Part shown: piece after piece, positions 1 through 56,540 of the stretch
Numbering within the stretch: the stretch's first letter is position 1
Layout of the letters: every line of letters starts with the position of its first letter
NCBI RefSeq assembly: GCF_009914755.1
Contig: NC_060940.1
Source: the human T2T-CHM13v2.0 reference genome, Homo sapiens
Strand: one strand, 5' to 3'
Length of the DNA: 64,000 nucleotides
Notes under the pieces: model-generated
Seen by the model: the letters and a program-made list of their open reading frames with translations, nothing else
Database searches by the model: none
Told to the model about the DNA's origin: nothing
Made by a program: the position numbers and the translations under genes

Positions 1-975
1 GATTTGGGGGGCTATTTGTTACACAGCATCATCACAGCAAAAGCTGACCAACACAAACAGGCAAGTTCTATCTTCAAGCTTCAGGACTGTGACATTGTGA
101 ATCAACACTTAAGGTTTTAACCAGGTTGGGCCAGTGCTAAGCAGATGTTCTCAGAAGAAGCAAAGCCTGAGATTGAGGGAGACCTGGATGTGAATCCTTG
201 CTTTGTCATGAAGGGATAGTGTAGAGGGTAGCAATTAAAAAACACATTCTCTGGAATCAAGTTGCTTGGGTTCAAATCCCAGTGCTGCCACTTACAAGCC
301 ATGTAACCTGGGACTAGTTCCTTAACTTCTGGGCCTCAGTTTCCTCATCTGTGAAATGGAAATGATTCTAGTACCAGCCTCACAGGGGCATTATGTTGAT
401 TAAATGAGCTAACCTCTGTGATGTGCTGTTAGTTGCTACTTTTCAGTCATTGTGAGTGAGCTTGGCTTGGCAACTTTACTTCCAGAACCTTGCCATGTAT
501 CCAGCACACTGTTTTTTTGGATTATTAGAAACCCTAGCTAGCATGGTGTAGCTTGCTAGGCATCAAAGTCCTTCTTGGGCTGTCTCCATAGCAACTGCAA
601 GCATAGACTCTGGAGCTGGACATACTCAAGTTCTAATCTTGTGACCTTGGGCAAGTGATTTAACTCTCTTTGCCTCAGTTTGCTCATCTGTAAAATGACA
701 GCAATAACTTCACATGCCTCTGGGGCATGTGTGAGAATCAAATGAAATAGTGTATTTTTTACAGAAGCACTTAGCACAACCCCTGGCTCATGGATGATGT
801 TATCGGCTATTCTTGGAGAAAGGTGACCTATTAAGAGAGCTGTCTGCTTCCAGGCCTAGGCCTGCAGACAGGGTGTGGCCAGAGCACTCCATTCATGCCA
901 GTAGGACCCTTCGAGCCTTTTCCCCCAAGGGTGGCAGGAGCCAGGCCTGGAGAATCAGCAAAGCCCACCTAGTAC

Positions 976-46943
<45,968 letters not shown>

Positions 46944-47096
46944 CGGCGCCTTCTGTCGTCGTGGGTCCCAGCGTCTGTCTGTCGCTAAGTCTCTGGGCAG
47001 ACTGCTCGGCCGCGATCCTGCCGGAGAAGAGGCGGGGCTGGGCTGGTCGGGCTGGGCTGGTCCGGCTGGGATTCGAGCTCCGGGATCGGGAGGCCC

Positions 47097-47109
47097 CGGG
47101 CAAGGTCCA
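47097..47109 (+). promoter_or_regulatory. HNF4A DR1-type site
   Basis: CGGGCAAGGTCCA at -154 to -166 from the ATG, the position I recall for the described ABCC6 HNF4alpha element. Confidence 0.8.
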
Positions 47110-47422
47110 GCTGCGCGGCGGGAGTGAGGCCACGGGAGGTGAAAACAGGCGAGGTGGGGGATGGGGGAAGAGAGGCGCTCGGGGAGCTGGGACGGGCACC
47201 GGGTTGGGGGGTCCCGGAACCCCTGAAAGTTCAGTGACACCTCCATAGTTCCCTCTTCCCCCTGCAACAAGAATCACTCCAGACTTCCTAAACACTTTGG
47301 ACCCAGCAATTTCCAGGAGTTCATCCTGATGAGAGAACTGAAAGGTGTGCACACGTTAGTAACAAGGAGGCCTGGTGACCGCCTAAGCGTCCAATCGCGG
47401 GGACCACCGGGTCGAGGCCGAG

Positions 47423-47496
47423 AGGATGGAGACCGCGTCACAGGCACCTCGCTGCTGGAATGGAGGGTGGTGGGGAGAACTTAGAAGATTATGCAA
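47423..47496 (+). repeat. Direct repeat copy A (left of satellite block)
   Basis: AGGATGGAGACCGCGTCACAGG...GTGGTGGGGAGAACTTAGAAGATTATGCAA aligns to 52341-52430. Confidence 0.9.
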
Positions 47497-47857
47497 TGGG
47501 CTGGCAGGGCTATACCCAGCCGCCCTGGTAAGCAGAAACTCAAGAAACCTCTAGGGTCCTGTTTTCTGGTCGTATGATCCCAGGAGTGCACATGGGCCCC
47601 TCGGGTGTCTGAACAGAAGGGCATAGGAGGGAGGGCCGCAGCCCTGCAGTCTTACTCTGCTGGTGTAGCGGTCACCTGCCAACTCCCACCCCACCCTGCA
47701 CCGCGGGCTCCTGAGTCGGCAGATTAAGCATTTTATAAATTCTATTTTAAATACGTGTTTTAAACTTGTCAGATATTTGTCTTCATTTCAGTCCCTGCGC
47801 CTCTACCTCTTGCTGTGGTCGCTTATTTAACACTGGGGGGCTACGTTCTGCTAAGTC

Positions 47858-50800
47858 CCAGGGAGAGACTGTTCCTAATATCCGAGGGAGATATTATTCC
47901 TAATATCACGCTGGGTGAACACCACGTGTGTACAGCCTCTGATACGATTGGTAATATCCAAGGGAGATATTATCCTAACATCCCAGTGGGTGAACACCAT
48001 GTGTGTAAACGCTGTGGTATTATTAGAAATATCCAAGGGAGATATTACTCCTAATATCACAGTGGGTGTACATCCTGTGATATTATTCGTAATATCTGAA
48101 GGAGATTTTACTCCTAATATCACAGTGGGAGTACACACTGTGATATTATTTGTAATATCCGAGGGAGATTTTACTCCTAATATCACAGTAGGTGTACAAC
48201 CTGTGATATTATTCATAATATGCTAGAGATATATTACTCCAAATCTCATGGTGGGTGTACACTCTGTCATAGAATTCGTGATATCCTAGGGAGTTATTAC
48301 CGCTAATATCACAGTGAGAGTACACCCTGTGATATTATTCATACTATCCTAGAAAGATATTACTTTTAATATCACAGAGGGTGTACACCCTGTGATATTA
48401 TTCATAATATTCTATGAAGATATAACTCCTGATATAACCGTAGGTGTATACCCTGTGATATTATTTGTTATATCCTAGGGAGATACTACACCTAATACCA
48501 CAGTGGGTGTACACCCTGTGATATGATTTGTAATATCCTAGGGAGATATAACTCCTAATATCACAGAGGGAGTACACCCTGTAATATTATTCATAATATC
48601 CTAGAAAGATAATACTTTCAATATCACAGTGGGTGTACACTCTGTGATAATATTCGTAATTTCCTAGGGAGATACTACTCCTAATATCACCTTGAGTGTA
48701 CACTGCGTGATATTATTCGTAATATCGTAGGGAGCTATTGCTTTTAATTTCACAGTGGGTGTATACCCTATGATATTATTCATAATATCTTAAGAAGGTA
48801 GTACTCCTAAAATCACAGTGCCTGTACACACTGTGATATTATTCATAATATTCTAGGGAGATGTTACTCCTAATCTCATAGTGGGTGTACACCTTGTGAT
48901 ACTATTTGTAATGTTCTAGAAAGATATTCCTTTTAATATCACAGTGGGTGTACACCCTGTGATATGATTCGAAATATTCTAGGGCGATATTACTCCTAAT
49001 ATCCCAGTGAATTTACACCATGCGTGTACACGCTGTGACCTCCCAGAAAGATATGACTCCTAATATCACAGTGGGGGTACACCCTGTGCTATTATTTGTA
49101 ATACCCTATGGATATCATAATATCACAATGAACGTACACCATTGTGTACATGCTGTGATATTATTTGTAATATTTTTGGGTGATATTACCCCTAATGTCA
49201 CAGTGCGTGTACATCTTTTGATATTATTTGTAATATTCTGTGGAGATATTGCCCCTAATATCACAGTGGGTGTATACTCTTTGATACTATTCGTAACATC
49301 CTGGAAGATATTATCCATATTGTCACGGTGGGTGTACACCCTGTGATATTATTCGTTATATTCTGGGGATATACTATTACCCCTAATATACTGTGGGTGT
49401 ACCCCCTGTGATATTATTCACTATATCTTGGAGATATAATATTACCCCTAATATCACAGTGGGTGTATACTTTGTGATATTATTCATTATATCCTGAAGA
49501 GATATTATTTCCTTTAATATCACAGTGCATGTACACCTTGTGATATTATTTGTTATATCCTGGGGAGATACTACTATATTACTCCTAGTATCACAGTGGC
49601 TGTACGCCTTGTGATACTATTCATTATATCCTGGGGAGATATTATTACTCCTAATATCACAGTAAGTGTATACCCTGTGATATTATTCATAATATCCTGG
49701 GAGATATTACCCATATTGTCACAGTGGGTGTACATCCTGTAATATTATTTGTAATATCCTGGGGAGATATTATTACTCCTAATAGCACAGTGGGTGTACA
49801 CCCTGTGATATTATTGGTTATATCCTGGGGAGGTATTATTATTCCTAATATCACAGTGGGTGAACATTCTGTAATATTATTCATTATATTTTGGGGAGAT
49901 ATTAATTCCTCTAATATCACAGTGGGTGTACACCCTGTGATATTATTCATTATATCCTGGGAAGATATTAATCCCTCTAATATCACAGTGGGTGTACACC
50001 CTGTAATATTATTCATTATATCCTGGGAAGATATTATTTCCTCTAATATCACAGTGGGTGTACACCCTGTGATATTATTTGTTGTATCCTGGGGAGATAT
50101 TATTATGTCTCATATCACAATGGGTGAACACCCTGTGATAGTATTCGTTATATTTGGGGAAGATGTTATTACCCCTAATATCACAGTGGTGTACACTCTG
50201 TGATATTATTCATTATGTAGTGGGGAGATAGTATTACCCATAATATCACAGTGGATGTACACCCTGTCATATTATTTGTTATATCCTTGAGAAATATTAT
50301 TATTCCTCTTATCACAGTGGGTGTACACCCTGTGATATTATTCGTTACATCCTAGGGAGATATTGTTACCCATAATATCACAGTGGATGTACACCCTGTC
50401 ATATTATTCGTTATATCCTTGAGAGATGTTACTACCCCTAATATCACAGTGGGTGTATACCCTGTGATATTATTCATCAAATTTTCTGGAGATATTATTA
50501 CCCATAATATCACAGTGTGTGTACCCACTGTGACAGTATTGATTATATCTTGGGGCGATATTACTCTTAATTTCACAGTGGCTGTATCCCTGTGTTTACA
50601 CCCTGTGATGTTATTCATAATATTTTAGGGAGATATTACTCCTAATATCACAGTCAGTGTATACCATGTTTGTACACCCTATGATATTATTTGTAATATT
50701 TTAGGGAGATATTACTCCTAATATCGTTGTGGGTGTACAGCATGTTTGTAAACACTGTGATATTATTCATAATATCTGAGAGAGATATTACTGCCAATAT

Positions 50801-52340
50801 CACAGTGGGTGTACACCCTGTACACCGTGTGATACGATTCATAATATCCGAGGGAGATATTACTCCCAGTATCACAGTGGGTTAACACCCTGTGGTATTA
50901 TTCATAATATTCGAGGGAGATATTACTCTCAATATCACAGTGGATGTACACCCTGTGATATTATTTGCAATATCCGAGGGAAACATTACTGCTAATATCA
51001 CAGTGGGAGTACACCCTGTGATATTATTTGTTTTATCCTGGAGACATATTATTCCTATTATCACAGTGGTTGTACACCCTGTGATATTCTTCGCTATATT
51101 CATGGAAGATGTTATTACCCCTAATATCACAGTTGGTGTACACCCTGTGATATTATTCGTTATATCCTGGGGAGATATTGTTACCCCTAGTATCACAGTG
51201 GGTGTACGCCCTGTCATATTATCCATTACATCATGGGAAGATATTATTACATCTAATATCACTGTGGGTGTACACCCTGTGATATTATTTATTATATCCT
51301 GGTGAGATGTTATTACTGCTAATATCACAGGGTGTGTCAAATTTTCTGGAGATATTATTACCCTTAATATCACAGTGGGTGTGCACCCTGTGTGTACACT
51401 CTGTAATATTATTCGTAATATTTTAGGGAGATATTACTACTAATATCACAGTGGGTGTACACCCTGAGGAGATATTACTTCCTCTGATATCACAGTGGGT
51501 GTACACCCTGAGGAGATATTACTTCCTCTGATATCACAGTGGGTGTACACCCTCTCATATTATTCGTTATGTGCTAAGTAGATATTATTACCCCTAATAT
51601 CACAGTGGGTGTACACCCTGTGATGTTATTCCTTATATCCCAAGAAGATATTATTATAACTAATATCACAGTGGGTGTACACCCTATGATATTATCTGTT
51701 ATATACTGGGGGGATATTATTTGTAATATTTTAGGGAGATACTACTCCTAATATCATAGTGGGTGTACTCATATTTTACAGATATATTACTTTTAATATC
51801 ACAGTGGGTGTACACCCTGTGTGTACACCCTGTAATATTATTAGTAATATTTTAGGGAGATATTACTCCTAATATCATAGTGGGTGTACACCATGTTTGT
51901 AAACCCTAGGATATTATTCATAATATCCGAGGGAGATATTACTCCCAATATCACGGTGGGTTTACACCCTATGATATTATTTGTAATATCTGAGGCAGGT
52001 ATTACTCTCCATATCACAGTGAGTGTACACCCTCCTATATTATTCATAACATCCGAGGGAGATATTACTTCCAATATCAAAGTGGGTGTGATAATATCTG
52101 AGGGAGATATTATTCCTAATATCCGTGGGAGATATTATTCCTAATATCTCAGTGGTTGTACCGCGTCACAGTGGGTGTGCACTGTGTGATATTATTCATA
52201 GTATCCAAGGGAGATTTTACTCCTGATATCACAGTGAGTGTACACCCTGTGATATTATTCTAATACCCAAGGGAGAGCTTTCTCCTAATATCACAGTGGG
52301 TGTACACTCTGTGATATTTTTCATAATATCCGAGGGAGAT
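47858..52340. repeat. Satellite array, SATR1/SATR2-like, ~60/63/72-bp palindromic units
   Basis: Roughly 70 diverged copies of GGAGATATTACTCCTAATATCACAGTGGGTGTACACCCTGTGATATTATTCATAATATCC; family name from memory. Confidence 0.9.
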
Positions 52341-52430
52341 AGGATGGAGACCACGTCACAGTCCCCTCACTGCTGGAATGGACACTGTCTACCCGTGGAG
52401 TGGTGGGGAGAACTTAGTGAGATTATGCAA
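52341..52430 (+). repeat. Direct repeat copy B (right of satellite block)
   Basis: AGGATGGAGACCACGTCACAGT...GTGGTGGGGAGAACTTAGTGAGATTATGCAA, starting at the exact satellite end. Confidence 0.9.
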
Positions 52431-53954
52431 GCGTTTAGCACACTGCCAGATATACATTAAATGCTCAGAAGACTTAGCTTTTATTATTACTGTCATAATT
52501 GAGGCCATGGGTTACTAACCAGTGGTTTAAAATGCCATTGCAGCTGGGCACGGTGGCTCATGCCTGTAATCCCAGCACTTTGGGAGGCTGATGAGGGCGG
52601 ATCACTTGAGGTCAGGAGTTTGTGACCAGCCTGGCAAACATAGTGAAACCCCGTTTCTACTAAAAATACAAAAATTAGCTGGGTGTTTTGGTGCGTGCCT
52701 GTAGTTTCAGCTTCTCAGGAGGTTGAGGCAGGAGAATCGCTTGAACCTGGGAGGCGAAGGTTGCGGTGAGCCAAGATTGTGCCACTGCACTCCAGCCTGG
52801 GTGACAGAGCGAGACTCTGTCTCAGAACAAGCAAACAAAATGCCATTGAAGACATATATGAATATGAAAAGGTGCTTGCTAAATGATGATTGAATAAAAG
52901 AGATTATAATATAAAATAGGCTTTGGTTTTTTTAAAGCAAAAAAGAAAAGGATATGCCTAAATTAGGGAACATGGAGAAGAAGGCCAAGGCATTTACCTT
53001 CCTCTCTTGAGTCTTTTTCTCTCTCCGTCTCTGTTTTTTTTTTTTTTTTTTTTGAGTCAGGGTCTTGCTCTGTCACCCAGGCTGGAGTGCAGTAGTGCCA
53101 TCATGGCTCACTGCAGCCTTGACCTCCTGAGCTCAAGCAACCTTCCACCTCAGCCTCTCCGGAGTATCTGGGACTACAGGCACACACCACCAAGCCTGGC
53201 TAATTTTTAAATTTTTTTGTGGAGACTTGTCTCACTTTGTTGCCCAAGCTGCTTTGGAACTCCTGGCCTCAAGCCATCCTCTTGCCTAGGCCTCCCAAAG
53301 TGCTGCGATTACAGGCGTGAGCCACCATGCCCAGCTCTCTCTTGGGTCTTAAAGCAAAGTGTCAAAGACCCAGCCACCACTTCTTAGAAATGACTCGATG
53401 TCATACTAGCATAAATGCATCGATAAAAAGATGGAAATGTGGTAACACAGTGATCTTGGGGAATCCTAGTTTTCTTTTCCAATTTCTTTGTTGTTGCAGT
53501 GAGCAAGTACTTGTTTCAAGATAGGAATGAAATATTCGGCTCTTTTAGACAGACAAGCACAGGTGCTCAGTTTGGGAGAAGAATTAAAATCCTCTGCACT
53601 CTCCATGCTGCCTTGCTAATTCTTGGGGTCCTGTCCTCATCTTCTACTCTTGCCTTCTGCAGGTACCCCACAGTGTGTTTTCCCCGATCTTTTTGTATCA
53701 CTCTAAATCCAGTATTGGGCCCAGGGAGCACCCCCTCCCCTGCCCCCTTCAGCTGTCCTCCTGCCTGAGTCTTCTGGAAGCTTCGGGACAGAAAGAACCC
53801 AAGGATTTGTCATGAAGCTCAGTGTGGCAGGTCTACTGTTTCCATGTAAATCATGTCTGCTTATCTGAGCTGGTTTTGGTGGAAACTGATGGAAATTATG
53901 GGGAAGCTAAATCCCTGTCTCTCTGCAAGCCACTCCCCAATCCCACCCCCATGA

Positions 53955-54218
<264 letters not shown>

Positions 54219-55547
54219 TGAGTAGCTGGGATTAGAGGCATGCGCCACCACACCTAGCTAATTTTTGTATTTTTAGTAGAGACAGGGTTTTGCCATGTTG
54301 GCCAATTTGGTCTCGAACTCCTGACCTCAAATGATCTGCCCACCTCGGACTCCCAACATGTTCATATTACAGTAGTAAGCCACGGCTTCTGGCCCCAATT
54401 CCTGCTCTCTAGCTCCGGGAAAACCTGTGGCTGCATGCAGAGTCTTAGACAACTTCCTTTTCCTCTCTGGGCCTCAGTTTCCCATTCTGTAAGATGAGAG
54501 GTTTCCATAGGCCTACACTTTCTAATTGGTGGCTTTCAATCCTCTGGTGATTTGCATAAAAGGCATCTATTTCAATTGTGGTTATAAATAACAAACCCCA
54601 ATAAATAGACGAATTATTTAAATGGTTTCTCATTATCACTGAATAGTTGAGAGTCTACTGTATTTGAGTGAAAATGCAGCACGAGAAACTGAAATCAGAT
54701 GCGCTCATGATTATGACCCTGAGGTCAATGTGTCATTCCCTTCATTCCCTCCTTGCCCCCATGAAGGTTTGACTACTGTATGGTTTGAACCTGTGCTTCT
54801 TAGTTGTTTATTGCTTAAGTTTTAGCCACAACGGCAAATTGCAGCGGGAAATTCAGTCTTACTTTGTCATTTGGAAACAAAATACAAAACCTATCAAAAT
54901 AAAGCACTAGCTTTTTTTTTTTTGAGACAAAATGGAAGAAATCCTAATATTAGGTTAGAAAAGCAATTTTTTGGTGTTTTTAAAATTTTATTTATTTATT
55001 TTTTTGAGACAGAGTCTTGCTCTGTCGCCCAGGCTGGAGTGCAGTGGTGCGATCTCGGCTAACCGCAAGCTCCGCCTCCCAGGTTCACGCCATTCTCCTG
55101 CCTCAGCCTCCCGAGTAGCTGGTACTACAGGCGCCCGCCACCACGCCCGGCTAAGTGTTTATATTTTTAGTAGAGACGGGGTTTCACTGTGTTAGCCAGG
55201 ATGGTCTCGATCTCGTGGCCTCATGATCTGCCAGCCTTGGCCTCCCAAAGTGCTGGGATTACAGGCGTGAGCCACTGTGCCCGGCCTCTTTGGTGTGTAT
55301 TTTGATGTGGTGACTGGTAGTTAAATTCAGTGTACATATGAATTCACTCTTGGGACAAAATATGCTGGATTTGAGCTTGTTTTCAGGCAAATCATGTTTC
55401 ATCTTGCAGAGCTAATTCAAAGTATACTGACTGCATGCACTTCTTGCTTAGGGGAAGAAAACTCATCAAAATTTGTTTCTAGGCATATGTTATTAGAGCT
55501 AGGATTAAAATAAATCTTACATACTTTCTTTAATATGCTAACATTAA

Positions 55548-55853
<306 letters not shown>

Positions 55854-55959
55854 TAATTCCACCAACGAAATCTCCCGTCCTTTCCAGCTGTGATGGTGAA
55901 TTCTAAAGTAGAATTCATCTTTGGAGCTTCTCCCTGTAGGCATGCACCTTGCGTTGCAC

Positions 55960-56540
55960 CTGCCAGATGTCGCGCGGAGTCCTCCAGGCCTCTAGAAGGC
56001 AGAGATGGTCTCGTTTCCTTGCCGAGCATGCGCCTTAGTTCTCTCTTCTGGGGCTGTGACCGTGGGGTCGAAGCGCGCGTGCGCGGCGGCGGCTGGCGGC
56101 GGCGGTGGGGCGGGGCCTGGGCTGTCAGCCGGCCTAGGAGGAGGAAGGAGCCTGCGGCGTGCAGTGTGAGGGGCGGGACCCGGCTGCCGGCGGTGGGTCT
56201 AGCTGGGGGAGGTCGGGCCATGCTGGTGGGCCAGGGCGCGGGGCCGCTGGGGCCCGCGGTGGTCACCGCCGCGGTGGTGCTGCTGCTGAGCGGCGTGGGG
56301 CCGGCGCACGGCTCGGAGGACATCGTGGTGGGCTGCGGTGGCTTCGTCAAGTCGGACGTGGAGATCAACTACTCTCTCATCGAGGTGAGCGCCCGCCCCG
56401 CCGCCCGGCGCCGAGTCGCCGGGCCGGTGGTTCAGCCTCTCTGGGCCGCGCTGGCCTCGTCTCTGACACCGGGCGGTGTGGAGTCCTTGGAGCCCTTACC
56501 TCTTCCGAGGCTATGCTGTCCGCGGGCTCCCTGCAGCCCC
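55960..56540 (+). promoter_or_regulatory. NOMO CpG-island promoter
   Basis: CpG-dense; GC boxes GGGGCGGG near 56107 and 56170; NRF1-like GCATGCGC (56026) and GCGCGTGCGC (~56075). Confidence 0.85.
56220..56384 (+). CDS. NOMO3: NOMO3 exon 1 coding part (165 nt; signal peptide)
   Basis: [55 protein letters not shown]|gtgagc; paralog assigned by adjacency to intact ABCC6. Confidence 0.93.

Noticed and set aside
47815-52144. ORFs with 20-21-aa repeats (NITVGVHPVILF / NNITGCTPTVILG) resembling a repeat protein
   Set aside because: Satellite units of 60/63 nt are multiples of 3 and palindromic, so frames stay open on both strands; stops and frameshifts are frequent and there is no exon structure.
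48060-52300. Steroid-receptor (TGTACAcccTGTGAT) or GATA site array in the satellite
   Set aside because: The right half-site lacks the essential C of TGTNC, and GATAT does not fit WGATAR; not supportable from sequence alone.
47858-52340. CRISPR-like array (regular palindromic repeats)
   Set aside because: The intervening segments are themselves repeated rather than unique spacers, there are no cas genes, and the context is human.
55890-56219. In-frame N-terminal extension of NOMO3 (upstream ATG at 56028)
   Set aside because: Open frames are common in GC-rich islands, this ATG probably precedes the TSS and lies in an NRF1-like motif, and the extension would displace the signal peptide.
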